Of a DNA stretch of 64,000 nucleotides, positions 52,343 through 64,000 are shown piece by piece. The notes beneath the pieces were generated by a model, which saw nothing but the letters and a program-made list of their open reading frames with translations, searched no databases and was not told the origin of the DNA. Position 1 is the stretch's first letter, and the number at the start of each line of letters is the position of its first letter. The DNA is taken from contig SHWB01000004.1 of NCBI GenBank assembly GCA_009691025.1, positions 23,030 to 87,029 of the forward strand, in the 5' to 3' direction. Source of the stretch: Alphaproteobacteria bacterium (lineage in GTDB: Bacteria > Pseudomonadota > Alphaproteobacteria > UBA6615). Made by a program: the position numbers and the translations under genes.

Positions 52343-53767
52343 ATGGAAGGCTCGACCAGCCACGACTTCAAGGCCAATGCCACGCGCGAGCTGGCCAACG
52401 CCGATCTGCGCGCCGCGCTGTCGGGCAGCGACCGGACGTTCGTCGCCGGCCGTGCCCGCGTCGTCGCCAATTTGCCCGAGTTCGACGCGCTGCGCGACGC
52501 GGCCAAGGCGATCAAGGACCACACGCTCGCCAATCTCGACCACTATCTGGAGGTTTGGGAGCGGCGGGCGCGCGAGGCCGGCGGCCATGTCCACTGGGCC
52601 AAGGACACCGCCGAGGCGCGCGCCATCGTGCTGGCGCTGTGCAAGCGCGCCGGGGCCAGGGCGGTCAACAAGGGCAAGTCGATGATCGCCGAGGAATGCG
52701 GCATCAACGAAATGCTCGAGGCCAACGGCATCCGCCCGGTCGAGACCGATCTCGGTGAATACATCATCCAGATCCGCCACGAGACGCCGTCGCACATCAT
52801 CGCCCCGGCCATCCACCTGACCAAGGCGCAGGTCGAGAAGAGCTTCCGCGAGACCCATACCGGCCTCGACCCGGCGCGCGACCTGACCGAGCCGCGGGCC
52901 CTGCTGACCGAGGCGCGCGAGATCCTGCGCAAGAAGTACTTCGAGGCCGAAGTCGGCATCACCGGCGCTAATTTCCTCGTCGCCGAGACCGGCTCGTCGA
53001 TCATCGTCACCAACGAGGGCAACGGCGACCTGTCGCAGCTGCTGCCGCGCATCCACATCGTGCTGGCGAGCCTCGAGAAGGTGGTGCCGACGCTGGAGGA
53101 CGCCTCGACCATCCTGCGCGTGCTGGCGCGCTCGGCCACCGGCCAGGAATTCTCGACCTACACCACGCTGTCGACCGGGCCGCGCCGCGCCGACGATCTC
53201 GACGGGCCGGAGGAGTACCACGTCGTCGTGCTCGACAACGGGCGCGCGGCGATGCTCGGCGGCGAGTTCCATGAAATGCTGCGCTGCATCCGCTGCGGCG
53301 CCTGCATGAACCACTGCCCGGTCTACCAGGCGGTCGGCGGCCACGCCTATGGCTGGGTATATCCCGGCCCGATGGGCGCCGTGCTTACGCCGGCGCTGAT
53401 CGGCATCGAGCATGCGGCACCGCTGCCCAACGCCTCGACCTTCTGCGGCCGCTGCGAGCAGGTCTGCCCGATGCGCATCCCGCTGCCGGGCATGATGCGC
53501 AAATGGCGCGAGCGCGAGTTCGACAAGGGGCTGACGCCGCGCCCGGCGCGCCAGGGCCTGAAGCTGTGGGCGGCCTTCGCCACGCGGCCGCGGCTCTATC
53601 GTTTCGTCACCGGCCTCGCCATGGGCGCGCTGGCCAGGCTGGCCGGGCGCAAAGGGCGGCTGCGCCGCCTGCCGCTGGCCGGCGGCTGGACGCGCTACCG
53701 CGAGTTTCCGGCGCCGGAAGGCCGCACCTTCCAGGCGATGTGGGCCGAGAAACGGGGGCGCCCATGA
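52343..53767 (+). CDS. lutB: L-lactate utilisation Fe-S subunit (LutB/LldF/YkgF)
   Basis: ETDLGEYI, PSHII.PAIH, NEGN, CIRCGACMNHCP, FCGRCEQVCP. Confidence 0.94.
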   Translation: MEGSTSHDFKANATRELANADLRAALSGSDRTFVAGRARVVANLPEFDALRDAAKAIKDHTLANLDHYLEVWERRAREAGGHVHWAKDTAEARAIVLALCKRAGARAVNKGKSMIAEECGINEMLEANGIRPVETDLGEYIIQIRHETPSHIIAPAIHLTKAQVEKSFRETHTGLDPARDLTEPRALLTEAREILRKKYFEAEVGITGANFLVAETGSSIIVTNEGNGDLSQLLPRIHIVLASLEKVVPTLEDASTILRVLARSATGQEFSTYTTLSTGPRRADDLDGPEEYHVVVLDNGRAAMLGGEFHEMLRCIRCGACMNHCPVYQAVGGHAYGWVYPGPMGAVLTPALIGIEHAAPLPNASTFCGRCEQVCPMRIPLPGMMRKWREREFDKGLTPRPARQGLKLWAAFATRPRLYRFVTGLAMGALARLAGRKGRLRRLPLAGGWTRYREFPAPEGRTFQAMWAEKRGRP

Positions 53768-54471
53768 GCGCCGAGGTCCCCGATACCGCCAAGTCTCGCG
53801 CCGCCATTCTCGGCGCCATCCGCCGCGGTCTCGGACGCGACGGGGCGCCGACGCGGGCGCAGCGCGAGGCGCCCGAGACGCGGCTCGCCACCCATCCGCG
53901 CAACCTGCAGCCGGCGCGCACCGCCGGCGCCGACCATGGCGGCCTCGCCCATCTGTTCCGGCACTACGCCGAGGCGGTGCAGGCAACGGTGACGGAAGTC
54001 GCCGACATGGCTTCCGTGCCGGCCGCCGTTGCCGACTACCTGCGCCGGGAGAACCTGCCGGCGCGCGCGGTGATGGCGCCGGACCCGGCGCTCGACGCGG
54101 CGCCGTGGGCGGAGACAGGCATGCTGTCGATCCGCCGCGGCAAGCCGACCGAAAGCGACGAGGTCAGCGTCACCTCGGCCTTCGCCGGCATCGCCGAGAC
54201 CGGCACGCTGGTCATGCTGTCGGGCAAGGAGCATCCCTCGACGCTGAACTTCCTGCCCGAGACGCATATCGTGGTATTGTCGGCGGACCGCGTCGTCGGC
54301 ACCTACGAGGATGTCTGGGACCGCATCCGCCGCAAGATGGGCGGCGCCGTGCCGCGCCTGCCGCGCACCGTCAACCTCGTCACCGGACCGTCGCGCTCCG
54401 GCGACATCCAGCAGACCCTGCTGCTCGGGGCGCATGGCCCGCGCCGCTTGCACATCGTCCTGGTCGGCTAG
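53764..54471 (+). CDS. lutC: L-lactate utilisation LUD-domain subunit (LutC/LldG/YkgG)
   Basis: GIAETGT, LPETH, TGPSRSGDI, GAHGP. Confidence 0.92.
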   Translation: MSAEVPDTAKSRAAILGAIRRGLGRDGAPTRAQREAPETRLATHPRNLQPARTAGADHGGLAHLFRHYAEAVQATVTEVADMASVPAAVADYLRRENLPARAVMAPDPALDAAPWAETGMLSIRRGKPTESDEVSVTSAFAGIAETGTLVMLSGKEHPSTLNFLPETHIVVLSADRVVGTYEDVWDRIRRKMGGAVPRLPRTVNLVTGPSRSGDIQQTLLLGAHGPRRLHIVLVG

Positions 54472-54487
54472 GGAGCGCCGGCGGGCG

Positions 54488-55117
54488 ATGGCGGCAGGGC
54501 GTGACCGGCGCGGGGCCAGAGCCCCCGGTAGCGCCGACGACGGGCCGGAGCTGTTCCGCCGCGCGCTGGCCGAGGTCAGGCCGCTGAAGGTCCGCAAGCG
54601 CACCGCGCACTCCCGCCCGGCTATCGTTGAATCGCAACTGATTGCCAAGAATTCTCAGCACCCCCGAAAGCCCGGTATGGCAACCGGTATAACCAAAGTC
54701 GTACCGTCGGCGCTGGCTCCCGGCGCGGCGCCGGCAGCGCCTGGCCAGGATCGCCGCACTGCCGAACGGCTGCGTCGCGGGCGCCTGCCGGCGGAAGCGC
54801 GGCTCGACCTGCATGGCGAGTTCCAGGAGCAGGCCTACCGGCTCCTCGTCGGCTTCGTCACACGGGCGGCGGCAGACGACAGGCGGGTCGTCCTCGTCAT
54901 CACCGGCAAGGGGCGCAGCACTACGGACGAATGGGGGCGCGGCGGCGGCGTGCTGCGTCGCCAGGTGCCGCACTGGCTCACCCAGCCGCCGCTCGCCGCC
55001 CTCGTCTTGTCGACCGCGCCGGCGCGGCCCGACCATGGCGGTGACGGGGCGCTCTACGTCCTGCTGCGCCGCCGTCCGGCGTGTCGCTCAAGCGCATGGC
55101 CGGCGATCTCGCGCTGA
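54488..55117 (+). CDS. Smr/MutS2 family protein; native stop apparently lost
   Basis: RLDLHG, LVITGKG, HGGDGALYVLLRR. Confidence 0.88.
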   Translation: MAAGRDRRGARAPGSADDGPELFRRALAEVRPLKVRKRTAHSRPAIVESQLIAKNSQHPRKPGMATGITKVVPSALAPGAAPAAPGQDRRTAERLRRGRLPAEARLDLHGEFQEQAYRLLVGFVTRAAADDRRVVLVITGKGRSTTDEWGRGGGVLRRQVPHWLTQPPLAALVLSTAPARPDHGGDGALYVLLRRRPACRSSAWPAISR

Positions 55118-55491
55118 CCCCGGCCCACCTGTCGGCGCTGGGGCATGGCCATCGCGGCCGTCCCTCCGAGGCGCTGGCGGCGCAGGTCTGCGAGCACTTC
55201 AACCTGATCTGGGACGATTACGAGGAGATGCAGCGACTGGCCCTGCTGTCGCATCCGCGCGGTGTCGTCGATACCGCCGGCCTCGCGCCGCAGCACACGT
55301 TGCTGGCCAACGAACTGGCCGCCGCGATCCGTCGCCTGGCGCCCGGGGACGCCGAGGCGATGCGCGCGCAAATCGGCAGGCTCGCCGGCGCCGCCCCGGA
55401 CGCGCGCCAGCGACCGCGCGCGCCGCGGAGTGCTACAGGGATTGGCGCTACGCCGGGCCGTCCACCCCCGCGCCCGCCACGGGAGCCGTAG
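55081..55491 (+). pseudogene. XRE-family HTH protein lacking its N terminus
   Basis: VSLKRMA.DL...PAHLSALGHGHRGRP, FNLIWD, SHPR; first helix and start signal missing. Confidence 0.65.
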
Positions 55492-55510
55492 GGCCGCCTC
55501 GGCGTGTACC

Positions 55511-55630
55511 CGTCCGTCGATAGGCTCAGGACGAGGACATTGGGAATGACCGGGCGTTTGCACGGCTGCTGTCGTGCCCACAGACCTTACCAAGCGTCCT
55601 CATCCTGAGCCTGCCGAAGGACGAGGACGC
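55511..55630. repeat. Palindromic repeat dimer (CCTGAGCCTG(T/C)CGAAGG family), imperfect
   Basis: cgtccgtcgataggctcaggacgaggac ... gtcctcatcctgagcctgccgaaggacg; between convergent genes. Confidence 0.8.
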
Positions 55631-55658
55631 CGAACCGCAGAACCGTACCTCGCGTTCC

Positions 55659-56441
55659 TCAATCGAACAGCATCGCCACGGCGCGGGTCCAGCCGCCGGA
55701 CGCCGCCTTGATCTTGCAGGGGAAGCAGGCGACCCAGAAGCCAGTGTCGGGCAGCTTCTCGAGGTGCTGCAGCTTCTCCATGTGGCAATAGGGCTGCTCG
55801 ATGCCGGCCCAGTGGCCCTGCCACACCTTGCGGGCGTCGTGGTCCTTCTCGTAGCGCGGGCGGGCGAAGGCGAAGGGCGCGTCCCAGCCCCAGGCGTCGA
55901 TACCGGTCACGCGCACGCCCTGGCCGGTGAGGCAGAGCGTCGCCTCGCGGCCCATGCCGATGCCGCGCGTCAGATATTCGGGCGTGCCGATGTAGTCGGG
56001 CGTGTTGGTGTGGACCAGCACGATGTCGAGCGGCCGCAGCGTGTGGCCGATGCGCTTGAGTTCCGCCTCGACGTCCTTCGGCTGCACGATGTAGCCGTCG
56101 GGCTTGTCGCGGAAGGTCAGCTTGATGGCCGGGCGGAAGTACCAGTCGAGCGGCATCTCGTCGATGGTGTTCATCCGGTTCCCGTGCTTGTCGTGCGAAT
56201 GGTAGTGGTAGGGCGCATCGACATGCGTGCCGTTATGCGTGGTGAGCTGTATTTTCTCCCACGCCCAGCCCTGCGCGTCGGGCAGATCCTCAGGCTTCAT
56301 GCCGGGGAAGAAGTCGGACATGGTCCGGGCGTTGGCCTTGTGATCGACGTACTCGATCTTCGGCCGCATGATGTCCGGGTCGACGACGGTCTCGTTGTCG
56401 AGCGCCATCGAGATGTCGATGATCTGCCTCGGGATGCGCAT
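55659..56441 (-). CDS. Cyclase family (kynurenine formamidase-like) metal hydrolase
   Basis: HNGTHVDAPYH, GIDAWGWD, HMEKL, GWTRAVA. Confidence 0.92.
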   Translation of the reverse strand: MRIPRQIIDISMALDNETVVDPDIMRPKIEYVDHKANARTMSDFFPGMKPEDLPDAQGWAWEKIQLTTHNGTHVDAPYHYHSHDKHGNRMNTIDEMPLDWYFRPAIKLTFRDKPDGYIVQPKDVEAELKRIGHTLRPLDIVLVHTNTPDYIGTPEYLTRGIGMGREATLCLTGQGVRVTGIDAWGWDAPFAFARPRYEKDHDARKVWQGHWAGIEQPYCHMEKLQHLEKLPDTGFWVACFPCKIKAASGGWTRAVAMLFD

Positions 56442-56554
56442 CCTGGCCTTCCTCCTCGCTGAACGCCCGTTCAGGGCGGCGAGACTTTAGGCCGGCCCGC
56501 CGCCCTCGCCAACCGCCGGAGAATCCGAGGGCCCGCCCGCCGCTGCACCCCCAG

Positions 56555-57451
56555 ATGCTCCGCGTCGTCGCGCTGATGGCCGTCCCGAAGCTGTGGGAGA
56601 TGAGCGCGAGCGCTTCCGGCGCCTCAACCAGCCGCTGCTGCCGATGGGCCGGGTCGAGGATATCTTCCCCGCCGGGCCGGGGGGGGGGGCCGTGCCGCTG
56701 CGCGTGCTGGTGCCGGCCGGCGCAGGGGCCGGCGAAGCCCTGCCGGCGCTGCTGTTCCTCCATGGTGGCGGCTGGGTCATCGGCGGTCACGAGACGGTCG
56801 AGCCGCAGTGCCGTCACCTAGCCAATGCGGCGCGCGCGGTGGTGATTTCGGTCGAGTATCGCTGTGCGCCGGAATACCCGTTCCCGGCTGCCGTAGACGA
56901 CTGCCTCTGGGCGACGCGCTGGGTGCGCGACAATGCCGCGATGCTTGGGATCGACCCGCGCCGCGTCGCGGTCGGCGGCGACAGCGCCGGCGGCGGGCCG
57001 GCAGCGGTGGCGGCTCAGCAGACGCGCGATGCGGGCGATCCCGCCTTGGCCCACCAGCTGCTGCTGTTTCCGGCGACCAGCATGGTCTTTGACACGCCTT
57101 CCTATACCGAGAACGACGAAGGCCCGTTCCTCACCCGCCCTATGATGGACCGGTTCCGCGCGCTGTACATTTCCGATCCGGCGCCATGGCGCGACACGCG
57201 CGCCTCTCCGGCGCGGGCGGAAGACCTAGGCGGGCTGCCGCCGGCGACCCGCGTCACCGCCAGCCACGATCCGCTGCGCGACGAGGGCGCCGCCTACGGC
57301 CGGCGACCTTGCCGCCGCCGACGTACCGGCCCGGCACCGCAACTTCGAGGGCTATACCCACGCCTTCCTGTCCTGGGGCGGCCACATCGACGCCGCCTTC
57401 GAGGCGCTGGACTTCGCTGCCGCGGGCCTGCGCGACTCCTTCGCCGGCTGA
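56555..57451 (+). pseudogene. HSL-family alpha/beta hydrolase (esterase), frameshifted
   Basis: HGGGW, GDSAGG, DPLRDEG; catalytic His segment (EGYTHAF) falls in another frame after ~57308; N terminus also out of frame. Confidence 0.8.
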
Positions 57452-57494
57452 CGGCCGCCGGAGCGCGCGACGGCGCGGGATTACGACGATCGCC

Positions 57495-58804
<1,310 letters not shown>

Positions 58805-58808
<4 letters not shown>

Positions 58809-59350
58809 AGGATTTCCACCGTCACATTGGTGTTGGTGTAGACGCAGATGCCGGCGGCGATCCCGAGCGCGCGCCGCGCTATCGCCTCGGCGTCCATCTC
58901 CGGCCGGTCGAGCAGCGCGCGGGCGGCGGCCAGCGCATAGGGCCCGCCCGAGCCGATGCCGATCAGCCCGTCATCGGTTTCCAGCACGTCGCCATTGCCC
59001 GACAGCACCAGCGAACGCTCGACGTCGGCCACCGCCATCATCGCTTCGAGACGGCGCAGATAGCGGTCGGTGCGCCAGTCCTTGGCCATCTCGACGCAGG
59101 CGCGGACGAGTTGACCGGGATGCTGTTCGAGCTTGCCCTCGAGGCGCTCGAGCAAAGTGAGGGCGTCGGCCGTGGCGCCGGCGAAGCCGGCCAGAACCGT
59201 GCCGTTGGCGAGGCGGCGCACCTTGCGCGCGGTGCCCTTGACCACGGTCGCGCCCATGCTGACCTGCCCGTCGCCGGCGACGACCACGCGTCCGCCCTTG
59301 CGCACGGACAGGATCGTCGTGCCGTGCCACGCTGTATCGGCTGCTGCCAT
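58805..59350 (-). CDS. hslV: HslV protease
   Basis: [23 protein letters not shown]. Confidence 0.97.
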
Positions 59351-60141
59351 GTCGCTGAATTCGCTTTCCGTCCAGAGGGCGGCCGGAACGCCGCCGGCCC
59401 CCGGAATGTGGGCAACCGGACGCTGGCGATCAAGCGTCGCCGGCGGGCCGGCCACCCCTCGACCGTCAGCACCATGCGGAAGCGCGAGTTGGCGCGGCCG
59501 GCGACGATCAGGTTGGCGCCCGGCTGCAGCGGCGTGGTATCGCGCGGCGCGGTGTTGCCGATGCGCACGCCGTTGACCTCGGTGCCGAGATGGCTCGACC
59601 CGTCGCGCACGACCGGGCCGTCCACCGTCTCCTCGATCGAGAAATGCACACGCGAGAACCCGTAAGGTTTATCGTCCGGCAGGGCGAGATCGACGGTCAC
59701 CGAGGGCGGCCCCTCGGGCCGGCCCAGTACCCGGCCGATGCGGAAGGGCGGGGCGGCGACCCCGATCTCGCGGAAGCGCGCCTTGCTGCGCCCGTCCTCC
59801 GGCACCAGCAACAGACGGCTCCAGCCCCGCGATGCGCGCGGGTCCTCCGCCTCCGCGCCGAGGCGCGTGCGCGGGCGATCCGCCGTCTCGGCCAGCGTCT
59901 CGCGGGCTACGGCGCAGGCCTCGACCGGCTCGACGACGACGGCGCCGATTCGGTGCGGCCCCCCGGTCCGCAGGCCGACCTCGCCGGCCACGTCGCCGGG
60001 GCCGAGCAAATCGTCGGCGGCCGTGCCGGGCCCGGTGAGCTGCACCCGCCCGACGACCAGCAGGAAGGCGCTGTCGCCCGGTGTGCCGGGGGCGAACAGC
60101 AACTGGCCGGCCTTGAACCGGCGCACCGAAGAATCGTCCAT
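59038..60141 (-). CDS. cNMP-binding + FHA domain protein; frame runs on into hslV (domain content ends near 59455)
   Basis: [26 protein letters not shown] cNMP fold; [24 protein letters not shown] motifs. Confidence 0.75.
   Translation of the reverse strand: MDDSSVRRFKAGQLLFAPGTPGDSAFLLVVGRVQLTGPGTAADDLLGPGDVAGEVGLRTGGPHRIGAVVVEPVEACAVARETLAETADRPRTRLGAEAEDPRASRGWSRLLLVPEDGRSKARFREIGVAAPPFRIGRVLGRPEGPPSVTVDLALPDDKPYGFSRVHFSIEETVDGPVVRDGSSHLGTEVNGVRIGNTAPRDTTPLQPGANLIVAGRANSRFRMVLTVEGWPARRRRLIASVRLPTFRGPAAFRPPSGRKANSATWQQPIQRGTARRSCPCARADAWSSPATGRSAWARPWSRAPRARCAASPTARFWPASPAPRPTPSLCSSASRASSNSIPVNSSAPASRWPRTGAPTAICAVSKR
59406..59434 (-). promoter_or_regulatory. RpoH-type promoter of hslVU
   Basis: Minus strand CTTGAT-N16-CCCACAT. 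Confidence 0.65.
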
Positions 60142-60315
60142 ACCCCTGCCCTTGACTACCCGATCGGCCCGTCGATCCCGTTGTAACAGCCGACGGGCCG
60201 GGGGCAATCCCGCGCCGCAGCGATTTTCGCCAAACTTGGCGCGCCGCGGCGGGCGCTGCTATATCGGCACCCAGTGCACGAGGCAGGCGGGCCGTGGCCC
60301 GCGCGAACCGAGGAG

Positions 60316-60981
60316 ATGGGCGCCATGGCCGCCCCGACGAAGCGCCGCAAGCCGGCCGCGACCGGACGCACGGCCGAGGTGGTGCGGCGCACCCGCGAGA
60401 CCGAGATCAGCGCCCGCGTGGCGCTGGACGGCAAGGGCGACTACGACGTCGCCACCGGCATCGGCTTCCTCGACCACATGCTGGAACAACTCGCCCGCCA
60501 CAGCCTCATCGACCTGACGGTGCGGGCCAAGGGCGATCTGCACATCGATTTCCACCACACCGCCGAGGATTCCGGCTACGTCGTCGGCGAGGCCGTGGCG
60601 AAGGCGCTGGGCGACCGCGCCGGCATCCATCGCTGGGGCGAGGCGCTGGTGCCGATGGACGAGACGCTGACCCGGGTGGCCCTCGACATATCCGGCCGGC
60701 CGGGCCTCGTCTGGCGGGTCAAGTTCTCGCGCGACAAGCTCGGCCAGATGGATACCGAACTGTTCCAGGAATGGTTTAAGGCCTTCGCTCAGTCAGCCGG
60801 CGTGACGCTGCATGTCGAGACGGTCTACGGCGACAACAACCACCACATAGTCGAGAGCGCCTACAAGGGCCTCGCCCGGGCGCTGCGCATGGCGGTCGAA
60901 CGCGACCCGCGCCGCGACGGCAGCGTCCCGTCGACCAAGGGCACGCTCGGCGGCGCGCAGCGACGGGGAGGGGGGGGGTGA
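60316..60981 (+). CDS. hisB: Imidazoleglycerol-phosphate dehydratase
   Basis: [30 protein letters not shown]. Confidence 0.96.
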   Translation: MGAMAAPTKRRKPAATGRTAEVVRRTRETEISARVALDGKGDYDVATGIGFLDHMLEQLARHSLIDLTVRAKGDLHIDFHHTAEDSGYVVGEAVAKALGDRAGIHRWGEALVPMDETLTRVALDISGRPGLVWRVKFSRDKLGQMDTELFQEWFKAFAQSAGVTLHVETVYGDNNHHIVESAYKGLARALRMAVERDPRRDGSVPSTKGTLGGAQRRGGGG

Positions 60982-61006
60982 GGGAGAGGCGGGGCGGCGT
61001 GCGACC

Positions 61007-61861
61007 GTGACCTCCCCCACCGACATCAGGCGCCCCGGCGGCGCCCCCGGCGCCGCCCCGACGCAGGTGCCGGCCGATTCCTTCGGGCCGCGGGCGCGGC
61101 TGTGCAAGCGGCTGGCCGACCGCATGGTGGCCGCGCGCGAGCGCGACGCCGAGGCGACGCTGCGCGCCATGCCGGCCCTCTGGGCCCTGCTCGAACGCGC
61201 CGCCGCCGGCAGCGCGGTGACGGGCGCGTCCTATTCGGACTATCTGACGCTGTGGCAGCAGGTGCGCGCGCAGCGCCCGCGCGAGATCCTCGAATGCGGC
61301 ACCGGCATCTCGACCGTCGTGCTCGCCGCCGCCCTGCTGGAGAATGCGCGCGAGGACAAGGCGCTGCCCGGCCGCGTCACCTCGATGGAGGACGACCCGG
61401 CCTGGCTCGAGGTCGCGCGCGCGCGCCTGCCGCAGGAGGTGGCCGCCATCGTCGATCTCGTCCACAGCCCGAAGACCGACGGCTTCTACAAATGCTTTCG
61501 TGGCGTCTGCTACGAAAGCCTGCCCGACCGGCCCTACGATTTCGTCTTCTCCGACGGGCCGGACCGGCATTCGCCGGTCAATGGCGACAAGCTGTTCAAC
61601 CTCGACCTGATCAACGTCGTCGCCCGCTCCGACGCGCCTGTGCGCGCCGTCGTCGACAACCACTATCTGACCTTCTACGTGCTGCAGAAGGTGTTCGGCC
61701 TCGCCCGCGCGCGCTACAGCGTCAGCCACAAGCTGATGTTCGTCGGCCCGGTGACGAAGCGCGACCTCGGCTTCCTGCGCAAGGAAAGCTTCGTCGCCGA
61801 TCTGCGCTTGTTCCGCCCGACCGAGTTGCGCCTGCGCTTCACCCGGAGGCCCGCGCCATGA
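61007..61861 (+). CDS. Putative class I SAM-dependent methyltransferase-like protein
   Basis: ILECGTGIST, VTSMED, YDFVFSDGP motifs. Confidence 0.7.
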   Translation: MTSPTDIRRPGGAPGAAPTQVPADSFGPRARLCKRLADRMVAARERDAEATLRAMPALWALLERAAAGSAVTGASYSDYLTLWQQVRAQRPREILECGTGISTVVLAAALLENAREDKALPGRVTSMEDDPAWLEVARARLPQEVAAIVDLVHSPKTDGFYKCFRGVCYESLPDRPYDFVFSDGPDRHSPVNGDKLFNLDLINVVARSDAPVRAVVDNHYLTFYVLQKVFGLARARYSVSHKLMFVGPVTKRDLGFLRKESFVADLRLFRPTELRLRFTRRPAP

Positions 61862-62238
61862 CAGCCTGGACGGTGATGGAGCGGCCATATTCGGCAGCGC
61901 GCGACGCCGATGCCGTGCTGGTGCCCGAGGGTTTTGCCCTGGGCGCGCTTCTGTGCGGCCCGCTCTGGGCCCTGTGGCACGCCGCCGGGCTCGTGGCGGC
62001 GGGCCTGCTGGCGGTCGAGCTGGCATTGTTCGTCGGCGCCGCGCTGCTGGGGGTGACGCCCGATGCGTCGGCCGCCGCCGGGCTCGCCTGGCGGGTGGCG
62101 CTGGGCCTCGCCGGCAGCGAGTTGCGCCGCATGGCGCTGGCGGCGCGCGGCTGGCGCGAGCGCGCCACGGTCGATGCAAGCAGCCTCGACGAAGCCGAGC
62201 GGCGCTGGCTCTCGACGCCGCCCGGCACGGCGCGGTAA
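61858..62238 (+). CDS. DUF2628-like membrane protein
   Basis: VPEGF..GALL.GPLWALWH, C-terminal EAERRW; position before hisH. Confidence 0.75.
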   Translation: MTAWTVMERPYSAARDADAVLVPEGFALGALLCGPLWALWHAAGLVAAGLLAVELALFVGAALLGVTPDASAAAGLAWRVALGLAGSELRRMALAARGWRERATVDASSLDEAERRWLSTPPGTAR

Positions 62239-62274
62239 GCAGCCGGTGGCAATCGCGCCGGGCTGCCTCGCCCG

Positions 62275-62393
62275 TCGCCCTTCGAGACGCCGCCTTGCGG
62301 CGGCTCCTCAGGGTGAGGAAGCTCATGGTGAGGCGTCCCTGGTGCGGCATTACCCTGCATCCTCATCCTGAGCCTGTCGAGGGACGAGGACGC
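62275..62393. repeat. Hybrid palindromic repeat dimer
   Basis: cccttcgagacgcc..ctcctcagggtgagg paired with cctcatcctgagcctgtcgagggacgaggacg. Confidence 0.75.
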
Positions 62394-62413
62394 AGGGCAC
62401 GGACATCGGCGGC

Positions 62414-63067
62414 ATGGAAACGGTGGCGATTATCGATTACGGCTCGGGCAATCTGCGCTCGGCGGCAAAGGCGTTTGAGCGCGCCGCCGCCGATGCCGGC
62501 CTCGCCCTGCGCATCGTCGTCACCGCCGATCCGGACGCGGTCGCGCGCGCCGCGCGCATCGTGTTGCCGGGTGTCGGCGCCTTTGCCGACTGCCATGCCG
62601 GCCTCGAAGCGGTCGACGGTATGGTGCCGGCCTTGCGCGCGGCGGTGGAGGAGAAGGGACGCCCCTTCCTCGGCATCTGCGTGGGCATGCAACTGATGGC
62701 GACGCGCGGCCTGGAGCATCGCGTCACCCCGGGCCTCGGCTGGATTCCCGGCGAGGTGGTTGCGCTGCAGCCGGGCGATGCGCGCCTCAAGGTGCCGCAT
62801 ATGGGCTGGAACGAGCTGCGCCCGCGCGGCCCGCGCCACGCGGTGCTCGCCGGCATCGAGGGCGCTGCCGCGCCGCACGCCTATTTCGTCCATTCCTACC
62901 AGTTCGTACCGCTCGATCCGTCGCATGTGCTGGCGACCACCGATTATGGCGGCCCCGTCACCGCGGTCGTCGGCCGCGACAACCTCGTGGGCACGCAGTT
63001 CCACCCGGAAAAGAGCCAGGAGGTCGGCTTGCGCCTCATCGCCGATTTCCTGCTCTGGCGGCCGTAA
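62414..63067 (+). CDS. hisH: Imidazole glycerol phosphate synthase glutaminase subunit
   Basis: DYGSGNL, LPGVG, GICVGMQ, QFHPEKS. Confidence 0.97.
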   Translation: METVAIIDYGSGNLRSAAKAFERAAADAGLALRIVVTADPDAVARAARIVLPGVGAFADCHAGLEAVDGMVPALRAAVEEKGRPFLGICVGMQLMATRGLEHRVTPGLGWIPGEVVALQPGDARLKVPHMGWNELRPRGPRHAVLAGIEGAAAPHAYFVHSYQFVPLDPSHVLATTDYGGPVTAVVGRDNLVGTQFHPEKSQEVGLRLIADFLLWRP

Positions 63068-63076
63068 GGACATTGC

Positions 63077-63604
63077 ATGGCCGAGACGCGCGTCGAGCGG
63101 CTGATCGATTTCCGCGGCAACGACCTCGCCGACCTGTGCGACGCCGCCGACGCGGCGATCCGCGAGGGCGGCGGCTTCGGCTGGCTGACGCCGCCGCGAC
63201 GCGACGTGATGGAGGCCTACTGGCGCGGCACCCTGCTGGTGCCGGGCCGCACCGTCATCATCGGCCGGCTGGACGGCGTCATCGCCGGCTCGGCCCAGCT
63301 CAACCGGCCGCGCGAGACGCAGGAGGCGCACGCCTATTCGGTGACGGCGACGACCTTCTTCGTTGCCCCCTGGGCGCGCGGCTACGGAATTGCCCCCGGC
63401 ATCCTCGCCGCCTGCGAGGAGGATGCGCGGCGCGAGGGCTACGCGGTGCTGAACCTCGACGTGCGCGAGACGCAATCCCGTGCCATCGAAATCTTCGCCG
63501 CCAGCGGCTATGTGCGGTGGGGCGTGCATCCGCGCTCTGCCCGTGTCGGCGGCCGCTACGTCGCCGGCTATTACTATTACAAAGACCTGCAGGCCTCGTC
63601 GTGA
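63077..63604 (+). CDS. GNAT acetyltransferase
   Basis: [10 protein letters not shown] acetyl-CoA motif; LDVRETQ. Confidence 0.88.
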   Translation: MAETRVERLIDFRGNDLADLCDAADAAIREGGGFGWLTPPRRDVMEAYWRGTLLVPGRTVIIGRLDGVIAGSAQLNRPRETQEAHAYSVTATTFFVAPWARGYGIAPGILAACEEDARREGYAVLNLDVRETQSRAIEIFAASGYVRWGVHPRSARVGGRYVAGYYYYKDLQASS

Positions 63605-64000
63605 TCCTCTACCCGGCCATCGACCTCAAGGGCGGCCAGTGCGTGCGCCTGCTGCGCGGCGACATGGCGCAGGCGACCGTCTACGGCGACGACCCCGCGG
63701 CGCAGGCGTCGAGCTTCGCGTGCGCCGGCGCGCAATGGCTGCATGTCGTCGACCTCGACGGCGCCTTCGCCGGCCAGCCGGTCAACGGAGCCGCAGTGCG
63801 CGCCATACTCGCCGCCGTGGCGCCGCTGCCGGTGCAGCTCGGCGGCGGCATCCGCGACCGCGCCGGCATCGAGGGCTGGCTCGACGCCGGCATTGCGCGC
63901 GTCATCCTCGGCACGGTGGCGGTGCGCGACCCGGCGTTGGTGCGCGAGGCGGCGCGGGCGCATCCCGGCCGCGTCGCCGCCGGCATCGATGCGCGCAACG
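63601..64000 (+). CDS. hisA: ProFAR isomerase HisA (truncated by window end)
   Basis: [34 protein letters not shown]. Confidence 0.95.
   Translation, partial: MILYPAIDLKGGQCVRLLRGDMAQATVYGDDPAAQASSFACAGAQWLHVVDLDGAFAGQPVNGAAVRAILAAVAPLPVQLGGGIRDRAGIEGWLDAGIARVILGTVAVRDPALVREAARAHPGRVAAGIDARN

Noticed and set aside
56679-56689. Poly-G tract as phase-variation switch in the esterase
   Set aside because: The tract is in frame; the frame breaks lie elsewhere, fitting decay better
63077-63604. GNAT inside the his operon as a novel system
   Set aside because: GNAT genes between hisH and hisA are, from recall, common in this group; nothing distinctive seen

Overview
High-GC alphaproteobacterial chromosome segment (gene order typical of Rhodospirillales-like lineages) spanning the probable replication origin. 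Left to right: a glycosyltransferase/phosphatase/deacetylase + Opp-type ABC operon, an MBL hydrolase, MFS, OmpR-family regulator, ribA, a sigma54-driven hypothetical gene, L,D-transpeptidase, yggS, a JmjC oxygenase, three tandem porin paralogs (middle one broken), leuS-lptE-holA, parB-parA-rsmG-mnmG-mnmE with two parS sites, qor, rho-hemJ-hemH-hemE, candidate oriC (~43.45-43.83 kb), ppsR-maf-aroE-coaE-dnaQ, a REP-flanked GIY-YIG remnant, secB/fxsA/Tim44, a low-GC Fic remnant, lutABC, smr, hslUV, a cNMP-FHA protein and hisB-hisH-hisA. No rRNA, tRNA, CRISPR array, prophage or intact IS was seen. Most notable non-annotated signals: tandem NrdR-like boxes ahead of rsmG-parAB, Zur-like/extended -10 motifs shared by two porins, a sigma54 promoter with paired ftr-like enhancers, a dispersed palindromic repeat family that has entered coding sequence, and many decaying accessory genes. 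All calls come from reading the sequence by eye; no searches were run.
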